A stretch of 64,000 bases of DNA from positions 17,615,849 through 17,679,848 of the forward strand of contig NC_083453.1 of NCBI RefSeq assembly GCF_020745735.1. Reading direction: 5' to 3'. This document shows, piece by piece, positions 37,597 to 53,298 of this stretch. The number at the start of each line of letters is the position of its first letter. The first letter of the stretch is position 1. Below the pieces are notes generated by a model, which did not search any database, was not told where the DNA came from, and worked only from the letters and a program-made list of their open reading frames with translations. The position numbers and the translations under genes were made by a program. Source of the stretch: Hemiscyllium ocellatum. Lineage: Eukaryota.

Positions 37597-40500
37597 TACC
37601 ACTCAGTACAAAATCACTGAAACCACTCAGTACACACTCACTGCCACCACAGAACACAATCACTGAAACCACTCAGTACACACTCACTGACACCACAGAA
37701 CACATTCACTGAAACCACTCAGTACACACTCACTGACACCACTCAGTACACACACACTGAAACCACTCAGTACACACTCACTGACACCACTCAGTACACA
37801 CTCACTGACACCACTCAGTACACACAGACTGAAACCAGTCAGTACACACTCACTGACACCACTCAGTACACACTCACTGACACCACTCAATACACACACA
37901 CTGAAACCACTCAGTACACATTCACTGGCACCACTCAGTACACATTCACTGACACCATTCAGTACACACTCACTGGCACCACTCAGTTTACACTCATTGA
38001 CACCACAGTACACATTCACTGACACCACTCTGTACACACTCACTGACACCACCCAGTACGCATTCACTGGCTCCACCCAGTGCACACTCACTGACACCAC
38101 AGAACACATTTACTGACACCATGCATTACACACTCACTGAAACCACTCAGTACGCACTCACTGACACCACAGTACACATTCACTGACACCATTCTGTACA
38201 CACTCACTGACACCATTCTGTACACACTCACTGACACAACTCAGGACACACTCACTGACACCACAGTACACATTCACTGACACCATTCTGTACACACTCA
38301 CTGACACAACTCAGTACACACTCACTGACACCACAGTACACATTCACTGACACCACCCAGTACACACTCACTGACACCACAGTACACATTCACTGACACG
38401 ACTCTCTACACACTCACTGAAACCACTCTCTACACACTCACTGACAACACTCAGTACACACTCACTGACACCATTCAGTACACACTCACTGGCTCCACTC
38501 AGTTTACACTCATTGACACCACAGTACACATTCACTGACACCACTCTGTACACACTCACTGACACCACTCAGTACGCATTCGCTGGCACCACTCAGTTTA
38601 CACTCATTGACACCACAGAACACATTCACTGACACCACTCTGTACACACTCACTGACACCACCCAGTACGCATTCACTGGCACTACTCAGTACACACTCA
38701 CTGGCACCACCCAGTACACACTCACTGACACCACAGAACACATTCACTGACACCATACAGTACACACTCATTGACACCACTCAGTACACACTCACTGACA
38801 CTACAGTACACATTCACTGACACCACTCTGTACACACTCACTGGCACCATTCACTACACACTCACGAGCACCACCCAGTACACACTTACAGACACCACTT
38901 AGTACAATCACTGGCACCACCCAGTACACACTCACTGACACCACTCAGTACACACTCGCTGACACCACTCTGTAGACACTCAGTTGCACCACGCAGTATA
39001 CACGCATTGACACCACTCAGTACACAATCACTGTCACCACACAGTACGCACTCACAGACACCATGCAGGACACACTCACTGACACCACGCAGTACACAAT
39101 CATTGACACCACTCTGTACACACTCACTAGCACCACACAGTACACACTCACTGGCACCACTCCGTACACACTCATTGACACCAGAGTACACCTTCACTGA
39201 CACCACACTGTACACACTCACTGACACCACTCAGTACAAACTCACTTACACCACAGTGCACATTCACTGACACCACTCAGTACACATTCGCTGGCACCTC
39301 CCAGTACACACTCACTGGCACCATGCATTACACACACATTGACACTACTCAGTACACACTCACTGACCCCACACAGTACACAATCACTGACACCATTCAG
39401 TACACACTTACTGACACCACTTAGTACACATTCACTGGCACCACCCAGTACACACTCACTGGCACCACCCAGTACACACTCACTGACACCAGGCAGTACA
39501 CAATTACTGACACCACAGTACACACTCACTGACACCACAGTACACACTCACTGGCACCACTCTGTAGACACTCAGTTGCATCACACAGTACACACTCATT
39601 GACACCACTCAGTACATACTCACTGGCACCACTCTGTAGACACTCACTGACACCACTCAGTACACAATCACTGACACCACTCTGTAGACATTCAGTGGCA
39701 CCACGCAGTACACACTCATTGACACCACACAGTACACACTCACTGACACCACACAGTACACACTCACTGACACCACTCTGTAGACATTCAGTGGCACCAC
39801 GCAGTACACACTCATTGACACCACACAGTACACACTCACTGACACCACACAGTACACACTCACTGACACCACAGTACACAATCACTGACACCACAGTGCA
39901 CATTCACTGACACCACAGTACGCACATTCACTGACGCCACTCAGTACACATTCGCTGGCACCACCCGGTACACACTCACTGGCACCATGCATTACACACA
40001 CATTGACACTATTCAGTACACACTCACTGACACAATTCTGTATACAATCACTGACACCACACAATACACACTCACTGACCCCACGCAGTACACAATCACT
40101 GACACCACTCAGTACACAATCACTGACACCACTTAGTACACACTTACTGACACCACTTAGAACAGATTCACTGGCACCACCCAGTACAAACTCACTGACA
40201 CTACTCAGTACACAATCACTGACACCACACAGTACACACTCACTGACACCACTCTGTAGACACTCAGTGGCACCACGCAGTACACACTCATTGACACCAC
40301 ACAGTACACACTCACTGACACCACACAGTACACACTCACTGACACCACTCTGTAGACATTCACTGGCACCACGCAGTACACACTCATTGACACCACTCAG
40401 TACACACTCACTGGCACCATGCATTACACACACATTGACACTATTCAGTACACACTCACTGACACCATTCTGTACACAATCACTGACAGTACACAATACA

Positions 40501-41067
40501 CATTCACTGACCCCACGCAGTACACAATCACTGACACCATGCAGTACATGCTCATTGACACCACGCAGTACACATTCACTGGCACCACCCAGTACACACT
40601 CACTGACACCACGCAGTACACAATCACTGACACCACGCAGTACACACTTACTGACACCACTCAGTACACATTCGCTGGCACCACCCAGCACACACTCACT
40701 GGCACCATGCATTACACACACATTGACACTATTCAGTACACACTCACTGACACCATTCTGTATACAATCACTGACAGTACACAATACACATTCACTGACC
40801 CCACGCAGTACACAATCACTGACACCACGCAGTACATGCTCACTGACACCACTCAATACACACTCACTGGCACCACTCAGTACACAATCACTGGCACCAC
40901 CCAGTACACACTCACTGGCACCACCCAGTACACACTCACTGACACCACTCAATACACACTCACTGGCACCACTCAGTACACAATCACTGGCACCACTCAG
41001 TACACAATCACTTGCACCACTCAGTACACAATCAATGATGCCACTTAGTACGCACTCACTGACGGTA
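37597..41067. repeat. 24/22-bp minisatellite, spacer 2
   Basis: same unit as spacer 1; no Penelope insertion. Confidence 0.95.
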
Positions 41068-41546
41068 CTTAATTTATGATTATTGTAAATACTTGAGCAT
41101 CAATTAGCTCAGTCGATTGGGCACTTAGTTTGTGACGCGGACTGATGTCAACAACACACATCGACTACTCGCACTGGCTGCAGTTCCCATGAAGATGCTG
41201 TCTTCTCAAGCCTTGCCTGGGGCTTGGTGACCCTGTGGTTAAGCTGACAACCAGCTTTTTCTCTGATGAATCGGGGAGGAGGGAGGAGGGGCTATGACGT
41301 TTCCATGGTACTGTTACCATGTGAAATGTGCGACCAGGAGGAAAGGCAAAATGGCAGATCAGGACCATGTCCCAGACATGTTCTCGATCAAATCTCTGAT
41401 GCTGATGGGTTCCACTGTAGATAGGTCCCCTCCATCCCAACTGTGTAAACCTGGACTGCAGTGAGACCTAGTTTGAGGGGAAGAATGTAGAATACCTTTT
41501 GAGTGCACATTGGGTCAGATTTGAAATTACATATTCAATGTTTACA

Positions 41547-43052
41547 ATTCTCTGTTGGTGCGAGTCTCTGTCTATTGCAAATTCTTCTGCACTCTTTAAA
41601 GTTTAATAACATCCTTTCTATAGCAAGGTGACCAAACCTGAACATAATACTCCAAGTGTGTCCTCGCCAACGTCCTGTACAACTGCAACTTAACCTCCTG
41701 ACTTCTACACTCAAAGCCATGTCTGATGAAGGCCAGTGTACCAAAGACCTTCTTCACTGACCTATCTGCCTGTGACTCTAAAGAGGATTGATAGACCGGT
41801 GGATGTGATCTCTATGTACTCCAGTACGGCGCTTGATAAGGTTCCCCATGGGAGACTGGTCAGCAAGGTTAGATCTCATGGAATACAGGGAGAACGAGCC
41901 ATTTGGATACAGAACTGGCTCAAAGGTAGTAGACAGAGGGTGGTGGTGGAGGGTTGCTTTGCAGACTGGAGCCTGTGACCAGAGGAGTGCCACAAGATCA
42001 GTGCTGGGTCCACTACATTTTGTCATTTATATCGATGATTTGGATGTTAACACTGGTGTTATAGTTAGTAAGTTTGCAGATGACACCAAAATTGGAGGTG
42101 CAGTGGACAGTGAAGTAGGTTATCTCAGAGCACAATGGGATCTTGATCAGATGGGCCAATGGGCTGAAGAGTGGCAGATGGAGTTTAATTCAGATAAATG
42201 TGAAGTGTTGCATTTTGGAAAGCCAATCATATCAGGACTTATACACTTAATGGTAAGGTCCTGGGGAGAGTAGCTGAGCAAAGAGACCTTGGAGTACAGG
42301 TTCATTGCTCCATGAAATTAGAGTCACAGATAGATAGGATAGTGAAGAAGGCATTTGGTGTGCCTTCCTTTATTGGTCAGAGTATTGAGTACAGGAGTTG
42401 GGAGGTCATGTTGCAGCTGCGCAGGACTGTGGTTCGGCCACTGTTGGAATACTGTGTCCAATTCTGGTCTCCTCCTATCGGAAAGATGTTGTGAAACTTG
42501 AACGGGTTCAGAAAAGAAGGATGTTGCCAGGGTTGGAGAGTTTGAGCTGTAGGGAGAGGCTGAACAGGCAGAGGCAGCTTTTTCATGCAGAGGGTTGTGC
42601 GTGTATGGAACGAGCTGCCAGAGGAAGTGGTCGAGGCTGGTATAATTCCAGCATTGAAAAAGGTATCTGGATGGGTATATGAATAGGAAGGGTTCAGAGG
42701 GATATGGGCCAAGTGCTGGCAAATGGGCCCATTTGAGGTTGGGATATCTGGCCGGCATGGCCGAGTTGGACCGAAGAGTCTGTTTCCGTGCTGTACATCT
42801 CTATGAGTCTATGTCTCCACTTTCAGAGAACCATGCACCGGAACTCCAAGGTCCCTCTGTTCCACTACACTCCTTAAGGCCCCAGCATTCAACACGAAAC
42901 TCCTACCTTGATCTGACTTTCCAAGATGCAAGACTCACACTTCCCTCCAATAACCTCAGCCCACTTCCCCAGCTGATCAAGGTCCTGTTGCAGTTTCTGA
43001 TAACCTTCCTCAGTGTCCACCATCCCGCCTATTTTAGTCTCATCTGCAAAAT
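41547..43052. mobile_element. nested CR1s, spacer 2
   Basis: copy of 29790-31295 at +11757. Confidence 0.88.
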
Positions 43053-44584
43053 TGTACTTCTTGCATTTAAAAAGATGTGAGCAAAATACTCACCAATGAA
43101 TCACTTCCCCAGGTCACTGCAATGTCCCTTTTTATTTTCCTCAGGGTGCATGGGGGATTGGCGATGGGGGAGAGGGAGCATGCAACGTTTCACAGCACAT
43201 TGATTGATCAAAACGGCGAGTTCGTTAATTTCCGGCTGGCAGACTGACACTTCCTTGGAGGCCTGCAGAGGTAGAAGACTCACAAGTGACTCACTAAAGA
43301 TAGCAACTGGACTCAAAGGTTCAGACTTTATGCTACTTGAACGGGTCATTGGGAGGCAGAGGAGAGGAGCACAGGTTTAAACAGGAAAAGAGGAACAAAA
43401 GGTTGAATGCTGGGCTGCTCTCCTTTTCCCTGTCTTCCTGTGAAATCAGGCCCCAAATTGCATGATCCAGAATGGGTTCAGATTTTTAAATAGATCACCC
43501 AGAAATAAATTCCAACCTGGGGTGTCTGCAGCACTACACGGGAGTAGCACAGCACCCAGTCACTGCTGGCCTGGCTGGTGATTCTGCTCCCTCCTGAATG
43601 AATCACCAAAAATGGACGCTTTGGTTTTCCTTTGAACCCTTTCGAAAGGATTGGTTCCCCAAATCTATCAATCGACCTTCCAGCAGACATTGTGAGGCAA
43701 CTCTAGAGCAAGTGAGACTGGCTCAGAGGTAGGGACAGTACCACTGAACTACAACGTTTACAATTGATGCTGGCTGGGGAATAATGGGCGCTGGGAGCTG
43801 TCGTCAATTCGCCCATTTCACCAGTTGGTGGAGCCACTAGAACACAATCCCCAGGAAACTGTGTGTCTGAGAAAGAGGAATCTTCCAAACGCCTGTTACA
43901 CTCTGCTCTTTGTATCCTGTCAGCCTGAACAAGTAGCAAAACAGCTCAGTACTCCCAACTTTGTCAGCAAGGCTCACATTCAACTTCAATTCATACTGTC
44001 AACATCAGAAAACCGCTCAAACAGACAACTTTTTAAGCAATAAAGACACATTTGTCGCTAAAAGGCAGCCTCTGGTTGGGCGGATCAACTTGTAAATGTT
44101 CAAAGCGGGCGGAGCTGGAGGGATGCCCAGAGTCTCTGAGGGTTGGAGGGAGCCCAGACAGGGAGAGGAAAAGTGGGTATTGTCCACAAGGAGTGCTATA
44201 ACATGGAGAGGAGTGCGAGCCCCCCTTGGATCTGGGGGGTCCCGGGCATTGAGTGAACAGGGACTGTTGGATGTGGGCAATGAGGGGGGCGGGGGGAGAA
44301 TGGGTGACCGTTCAGGAGGGGACTGGGCTAGCAGCACACACTGCCGAGTTGAGGAAAGGCCTGAGACAGCTGATGACAGAGAGTGGGCGTCGTGTCTGGG
44401 AGGAGAGGGGGGGGGGGTGGGCTGGGCTCCGCAAACGGACCCGTTCCTCCTCCCCATCCCCCTTCCCAGCCCCCGGGGGCACAGGGTGGCGGCTTGTTCC
44501 TTCCCTCTGTCGGCTGCTTCATTCAGGGCGGCTCCTTGTCAGCTGCCAGTCCCTTGGCCAGCCCCCTCACACATCCCACTGGGA

Positions 44585-44592
44585 CATATAAG
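44585..44592 (+). promoter_or_regulatory. TATA box, copy 3
   Basis: CATATAAG. Confidence 0.7.
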
Positions 44593-44701
44593 CAGCCGGG
44601 ACAGCCCTTAGCTCCACCGAGCCGTTCAGTTTCGGAGTGTGCTCTCTCTCTCTCTCTCTGTCTCTGAGTGTGGGTCTGTCCACCCCCTGAACAACCTCGA
44701 A

Positions 44702-47700
44702 ATGTCAAAGTCCATCATCACCACCACCACCACCAGCAGCAAAAGGAGCGGAGGGATAAGAACTGGAGGGAGCATGTATGGATCCGGGATGTCCTCCGGC
44801 CTCAATCGGTTGGGAAGCGGAGGGAGTTTTCAGACTTCCAGGCGTGCCCAAAGTGTGGTCCTGGGACCAACCCAGAGATTGTCAACCTCCCGATTCTCCA
44901 CTGGCTCTCGGATGTCCAATATCGGATATAGCGGTGCTTTGGGCGGCGGCAGAATCAGTGCAATAGGAGGGGGCTCCAGCAGGATGGGCCTCGGGGGAAT
45001 GGGGATTAGTTCCCAGGGACTGATCCAGAGAACCGCTGCCCTGGACCTGAACGCGCCTTTACCCCAAATCGACACCACTCAGAACATTGTCCGCTTGCAG
45101 GAGAGCCAGCAGCTCCAGGGACTCAACAACCAATTCGTTGATTTCCTTACCAAGGTAATGCTCAGTGGGGTCCAGGCGGGTGGGTTTCTAACCTGGGGGC
45201 TCTCTGTGGGGGGTCTTTCCTCTCTTGTCTTCACTGTCTCTCCATCTCACCCCCCCGCCAGGTTCGGCATTTGGAACAGGTCAATACTCAGCTGAGTATC
45301 AAACTGAAACTTCTGCAGGATCAAGGCGAATACAAATCCAACATCGAGAGTATGTTTCAGTCCTACATTGACAATCTCAAGAACCAACTGGACACACTTC
45401 GCAAAGAGAAGGAGAGGTTCGATGCCGAACTGCTCCAAATGCAAGGGCTGGTCGAGGATTACAAGAGCAGGTGAGTGAGCTGCTGCCGAACTTGGTCCCG
45501 GATCGGTTCGGAGGCGGGTTCCTGTCGGAACCAAACCAAATGCCAGCTGCAGAATGAGCTCCCTGTGCCAAACAGACACAATGTGGGCTGGGGGAACGGG
45601 CTGCAGAGTTGTTCTGCCGGTGCTACTGAACTGCACACGGCCGGGCTGTTTGTCATCTGGGAAACCCCGGCAGCGGGACTGATCCGGCTCAGAACATGGT
45701 TTGACAGGGGGAAAGGGGGGTCGAGTTGGTGGCGGCATGGGGAGGCGAAGGATAGCGGGGACACAGACAACCAGGGAGTGTGATAGGGACGGGGCAGAAA
45801 GACTTGAGCCTCGGTAAAACAATCTCTTTCATTCCAGATACGAAGATGAAATCAACAAGCGCACAGAGATGGAAAATGAGTTTGTCCTGGTCAAGAAGGT
45901 GAATGTTACAAAGCCACAGGCTCCACTTCTCCGTTTGTGGGCACCTTTGGTCAGTTTTATCCAAGTCTTTTCTCTCTGTGCCCTTTAGGATGTCGATGAC
46001 TCGTACATGAGTAAGGTGGAGCTGGAAGCGAAACTGGAAGCTCTGACCGATGAAATTGAATTCCTGCGGAGTATCTATGAAGAGGTAAATATCTGCCTTG
46101 TCCCACCAGCACTCCTTTTCCCAATCTTCTCTCCATTCAAGTCTCATGCAATGTAACCCGAATGGTTTCCAATCACCTTCCAATCTTTCTCCCCGTGTCC
46201 TTCCCCTCCCCCCGGCCGTCTGTAGGAACTCCGGGAGCTCCAGGCTCAGATCCAGAATACATGTGTCAACGTGCAATTGGAGGGTGGTCCCAGGTTCAAT
46301 GCGCAGGAGATCTTAGACATGGCCAGGAAACAGTATGAAGCTTGTGCCCAGCAAGGCCGCGAAGATGCGGAAGTTTGGAAACGGACCAAGGTGAAGCTTC
46401 CTATTCTTTGGCCCATCTTTCTGACTCGGGCAGGAGCGTGAACTGTGGGACTAACTCGTTGTCAATATCTGTTTGCAGATGCAGGAACTGTCCATGGCGG
46501 CTGGACAAAGTGGCGATGATATCAGTGTGCTGAAGTCAGAGATAAGGCAGACAACAGAGCAGATCCGGAGAATGAATGGAGACATTGACAACCTGAAAAA
46601 AGAGGTAGGTACAAGTCTAAAATCAATCTGAACATTGAAAAACACCTTTAACCACCTCTCTCTCTCCCTGTCTGTCTCTCTGTCTTCACTCCCTGTCTCA
46701 CACCATCCAAAAAGCAATCATTCGTTCAGAAGCGATTGAAGGGTCGGCTGAATGCAGTCCATTTCTAACCGCCTTGGGGGGGGTCTCACTGTTGTCTTTC
46801 CCGATGGGAATGTGTTGCTGGTCAGTCAGCAATCCACACCGTCCCGCTTTTCCCAAATCATGGGGAGGAGGGCGAGCCTTTTTGTTTTGCCAAAGTCTGG
46901 CTCGGAGCACTCGGGCTGAGCCTCAAACACTGAAGGAACTGACCAAATGAATCTTGATGTTCCTCAGCGTGTGAGACTGGAGGAAGCAATCCGGGAAGCG
47001 GAGGACCGCGGGGACATGTCTCTGAAAGACTGTAAGCTTCAGATTTCGAAACTGGAAGATGCCATCTGCAAAGCTCAGCATGAACTTTCCGCACAATGCA
47101 AGGAATACGAACACCTGATGGGCATCAAGCTGGCACTGGACATTGAGATCAACACCTACATGAAAATACTGGACACAGAGGAGACGAGGTAAGATCAGGG
47201 GTACTTGCTAATCGCAGCCATCACATGGAGTCCTGTGCAGGCAAATTCCAGTCTGCACTTGCAGTTGACTGGGAACTCTGATCCCTGAGAATGGAATGAG
47301 ATGGAATGCAGGCAGTGTGAAGGTGATGGTGGTTGTACAGTCAGTGACTGACCTTCAGGTCCCACTGAAAGGTCAGGACCCCCACTCCTCACCCTCCAAT
47401 TACTTGCTGGCATCTACTCCCTGTGGCAACAGTAACGACTGGGCACTTTGCCCAAGGGCAAGGGGCCTGACTGTGCCCATTCAGAAGTGTAGCCCAGGAG
47501 ATGTGAGTGTCCCTGGGAGAGGGAGATACCTGAGGAAACAGAGGGAAGTCTGACTGTGATTTCCTGTCATTGCCTGTTATAATCTGAGAATGTTTCCTTT
47601 CTCAACAGGATGGCAACTGGGGTAAAGACCCTCAACATCCAGCAAGTACAGAGCCAAGGTAAGAGAATGTCTGTTCTGAGTGAAGGTCGATGATTCTTTC

Positions 47701-48260
47701 TCCTCAGTATCTGCCCAGCTCCATTCCAATCAGCCATCATCACTCCCCACCTCACAAATCTGATGCTTTCACCATTTGACTTTGTAAAATGGTGCCGAAT
47801 CTCCACCCTTTGCCATCCTATTTAACATCCCTGATTTACATCACCACACCAGCTTTCAGTGGTTAGGACTTGCTTCTATCAGTCCTCCCTTCTCTGTCTC
47901 CTTCTCCACAAACTAGATTTTCCTCCACCTTTTTCTGGTAGATTTCAAGGTGGAAATTGTTTTATTAAGCTCCTGCAAGACATCGTGGGCTATTGTACTA
48001 CGCTAAAGATATGCTGTGAATTGTAGTCATCTTTTATGTTGCAATTGTTCGTTTAAATTGGAACACCCAGATAATACGACAAGTTTATTTTGACTCTGCC
48101 CCCTTTTCCAGGCGGGATGCAGCAAAGCATGGGCTTGGGAAGTGGATCGTCTGCCTTTCAGACCTCGCTGAGTTTAGGTATGAGTGACAGACCGATGTCG
48201 AGTGGACAAACTTCATATCAAGTGACGAGCACAGGACTGAGTCAACAAGGGTTCATTTAA
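44702..48260 (+). CDS. type II keratin (keratin-8-like), copy 3; 9 exons, 509 aa
   Basis: exons 44702-45154, 45262-45470, 45838-45898, 45989-46084, 46226-46390, 46479-46604, 46968-47188, 47609-47658, 48112-48260 (copy 2 +11752). Confidence 0.92.
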
Positions 48261-49348
48261 AACCAACAGTCTCTCGAAGCAGTTCATTGTCAGAGGTTAT
48301 CCATCCCCGAAGTACTGCATTTAGTGCAGTGGTTCACATGTTTGGATTCACTTCATGTCTGCTGTTCAGAACATCTTAGTGAGCCTGTTCACATTTCATA
48401 GTCTTTTGACATGAAGTTGACATTGACATCTTAACCAGTGCACCAAAGAAAGTAAACTTTATAAAGGTTTGGGTTTGTGGGAAAAGCAGTCAAGTAACTC
48501 ATGCTATCTTTGTTGGTATCTTTAAAATGGTGAAGTAAAGCCAGGCTTTCGCTGTTGAACTCTGTTTCGATATTATGTACAACATTGTATTGGGGATTTA
48601 CTTTTCCTGTCTGACTCAATAAATGTCTCGTCTGCACACCTGGATTGCTTTTTGAACAGCACATTATTAGGTTCACAAAAAGAACAATTTTCATCCTGAG
48701 TTGTGAAATTCAAGAACTATCCATTCCTATACCATTAACTTTCAAGAAATATTACGATATTTAGAAAGATGACACTGTATTTTGTCCATCAACTGACAGC
48801 ACAAGTACATCATCACTGAAACTATTCAGTCCAACATCACTGAAACCATTGTTATGGACTAGACCCGCTCCCCTCAAAATATTTTAAGAAGGTAGCCTCG
48901 ACTCAAACTTGTTCTTATTATAACAGTGAATGTAAAACACCTGTTCCAGATGCAATGCGAATTGTCAAACGACTTGATGTTAAGCTGTAGTTAAAATACA
49001 ATCAAAGAAAGACAAACTGAGAATGACTTAACTTGATTGGAAAACTTAATAGGATAATAGGTCCAGTAACTATTACGCATTAACTGTTCAGGTGTAGCAA
49101 CATCCCACAAACAGCAAAAAGAAATAAAATCAGATACTGATTCACGCATGCACTTCTGCAACTCAGGAGGAAGAGAAACATTAATGGGAAATTCAGAGAG
49201 AGTGGCAGCCAGGAGACATTCACTGAAGCTTCCAACTATGTTCAGAAACCAATAGTTTCCGATATTACTGAAAAAAAATCGAAAACCCAGATATCTGGAC
49301 CTGTGAGAGTTGGACAAACCTATTCAGGCTTTTCTTCAGAAAACAAAA

Positions 49349-52300
49349 TACCACTCAGTACAAAATCACTGAAACCACTCAGTACACACTCACTGCCACC
49401 ACAGAACACAATCACTGAAACCACTCAGTACACACTCACTGACACCACAGAACACATTCACTGAAACCACTCAGTACACACTCACTGACACCACTCAGTA
49501 CACACACACTGAAACCACTCAGTACACACTCACTGACACCACTCAGTACACACTCACTGACACCACTCAGTACACACAGACTGAAACCAGTCAGTACACA
49601 CTCACTGACACCACTCAGTACACACTCACTGACACCACTCAATACACACACACTGAAACCACTCAGTACACATTCACTGGCACCACTCAGTACACATTCA
49701 CTGACACCATTCAGTACACACTCACTGGCACCACTCAGTTTACACTCATTGACACCACAGTACACATTCACTGACACCACTCTGTACACACTCACTGACA
49801 CCACCCAGTACGCATTCACTGGCTCCACCCAGTGCACACTCACTGACACCACAGAACACATTTACTGACACCATGCATTACACACTCACTGAAACCACTC
49901 AGTACGCACTCACTGACACCACAGTACACATTCACTGACACCATTCTGTACACACTCACTGACACCATTCTGTACACACTCACTGACACAACTCAGGACA
50001 CACTCACTGACACCACAGTACACATTCACTGACACCATTCTGTACACACTCACTGACACAACTCAGTACACACTCACTGACACCACAGTACACATTCACT
50101 GACACCACCCAGTACACACTCACTGACACCACAGTACACATTCACTGACACGACTCTCTACACACTCACTGAAACCACTCTCTACACACTCACTGACAAC
50201 ACTCAGTACACACTCACTGACACCATTCAGTACACACTCACTGGCTCCACTCAGTTTACACTCATTGACACCACAGTACACATTCACTGACACCACTCTG
50301 TACACACTCACTGACACCACTCAGTACGCATTCGCTGGCACCACTCAGTTTACACTCATTGACACCACAGAACACATTCACTGACACCACTCTGTACACA
50401 CTCACTGACACCACCCAGTACGCATTCACTGGCACTACTCAGTACACACTCACTGGCACCACCCAGTACACACTCACTGACACCACAGAACACATTCACT
50501 GACACCATACAGTACACACTCATTGACACCACTCAGTACACACTCACTGACACTACAGTACACATTCACTGACACCACTCTGTACACACTCACTGGCACC
50601 ATTCACTACACACTCACGAGCACCACCCAGTACACACTTACAGACACCACTTAGTACAATCACTGGCACCACCCAGTACACACTCACTGACACCACTCAG
50701 TACACACTCGCTGACACCACTCTGTAGACACTCAGTTGCACCACGCAGTATACACGCATTGACACCACTCAGTACACAATCACTGTCACCACACAGTACG
50801 CACTCACAGACACCATGCAGGACACACTCACTGACACCACGCAGTACACAATCATTGACACCACTCTGTACACACTCACTAGCACCACACAGTACACACT
50901 CACTGGCACCACTCCGTACACACTCATTGACACCAGAGTACACCTTCACTGACACCACACTGTACACACTCACTGACACCACTCAGTACAAACTCACTTA
51001 CACCACAGTGCACATTCACTGACACCACTCAGTACACATTCGCTGGCACCTCCCAGTACACACTCACTGGCACCATGCATTACACACACATTGACACTAC
51101 TCAGTACACACTCACTGACCCCACACAGTACACAATCACTGACACCATTCAGTACACACTTACTGACACCACTTAGTACACATTCACTGGCACCACCCAG
51201 TACACACTCACTGGCACCACCCAGTACACACTCACTGACACCAGGCAGTACACAATTACTGACACCACAGTACACACTCACTGACACCACAGTACACACT
51301 CACTGGCACCACTCTGTAGACACTCAGTTGCATCACACAGTACACACTCATTGACACCACTCAGTACATACTCACTGGCACCACTCTGTAGACACTCACT
51401 GACACCACTCAGTACACAATCACTGACACCACTCTGTAGACATTCAGTGGCACCACGCAGTACACACTCATTGACACCACACAGTACACACTCACTGACA
51501 CCACACAGTACACACTCACTGACACCACTCTGTAGACATTCAGTGGCACCACGCAGTACACACTCATTGACACCACACAGTACACACTCACTGACACCAC
51601 ACAGTACACACTCACTGACACCACAGTACACAATCACTGACACCACAGTGCACATTCACTGACACCACAGTACGCACATTCACTGACGCCACTCAGTACA
51701 CATTCGCTGGCACCACCCGGTACACACTCACTGGCACCATGCATTACACACACATTGACACTATTCAGTACACACTCACTGACACAATTCTGTATACAAT
51801 CACTGACACCACACAATACACACTCACTGACCCCACGCAGTACACAATCACTGACACCACTCAGTACACAATCACTGACACCACTTAGTACACACTTACT
51901 GACACCACTTAGAACAGATTCACTGGCACCACCCAGTACAAACTCACTGACACTACTCAGTACACAATCACTGACACCACACAGTACACACTCACTGACA
52001 CCACTCTGTAGACACTCAGTGGCACCACGCAGTACACACTCATTGACACCACACAGTACACACTCACTGACACCACACAGTACACACTCACTGACACCAC
52101 TCTGTAGACATTCACTGGCACCACGCAGTACACACTCATTGACACCACTCAGTACACACTCACTGGCACCATGCATTACACACACATTGACACTATTCAG
52201 TACACACTCACTGACACCATTCTGTACACAATCACTGACAGTACACAATACACATTCACTGACCCCACGCAGTACACAATCACTGACACCATGCAGTACA

Positions 52301-52819
52301 TGCTCATTGACACCACGCAGTACACATTCACTGGCACCACCCAGTACACACTCACTGACACCACGCAGTACACAATCACTGACACCACGCAGTACACACT
52401 TACTGACACCACTCAGTACACATTCGCTGGCACCACCCAGCACACACTCACTGGCACCATGCATTACACACACATTGACACTATTCAGTACACACTCACT
52501 GACACCATTCTGTATACAATCACTGACAGTACACAATACACATTCACTGACCCCACGCAGTACACAATCACTGACACCACGCAGTACATGCTCACTGACA
52601 CCACTCAATACACACTCACTGGCACCACTCAGTACACAATCACTGGCACCACCCAGTACACACTCACTGGCACCACCCAGTACACACTCACTGACACCAC
52701 TCAATACACACTCACTGGCACCACTCAGTACACAATCACTGGCACCACTCAGTACACAATCACTTGCACCACTCAGTACACAATCAATGATGCCACTTAG
52801 TACGCACTCACTGACGGTA
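49349..52819. repeat. 24/22-bp minisatellite, spacer 3
   Basis: same length as spacer 2 (constant +11752 offset). Confidence 0.95.
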
Positions 52820-53298
52820 CTTAATTTATGATTATTGTAAATACTTGAGCATCAATTAGCTCAGTCGATTGGGCACTTAGTTTGTGACGCGGACTGATGT
52901 CAACAACACACATCGACTACTCGCACTGGCTGCAGTTCCCATGAAGATGCTGTCTTCTCAAGCCTTGCCTGGGGCTTGGTGACCCTGTGGTTAAGCTGAC
53001 AACCAGCTTTTTCTCTGATGAATCGGGGAGGAGGGAGGAGGGGCTATGACGTTTCCATGGTACTGTTACCATGTGAAATGTGCGACCAGGAGGAAAGGCA
53101 AAATGGCAGATCAGGACCATGTCCCAGACATGTTCTCGATCAAATCTCTGATGCTGATGGGTTCCACTGTAGATAGGTCCCCTCCATCCCAACTGTGTAA
53201 ACCTGGACTGCAGTGAGACCTAGTTTGAGGGGAAGAATGTAGAATACCTTTTGAGTGCACATTGGGTCAGATTTGAAATTACATATTCAATGTTTACA

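Noticed and set aside
39882-41079. Long repetitive ORFs (SECVLSGV, THSLTP, mucin-like YTLTDTTQ), up to 358 aa, in all three spacers
   Set aside because: A 24-bp unit without stops gives open frames on both strands; the 22-bp variants break them; no splice or promoter context
32950-48260. Copies 2 and 3 as pseudogenes
   Set aside because: Frames, splice sites, TATA box and polyA signal all appear intact
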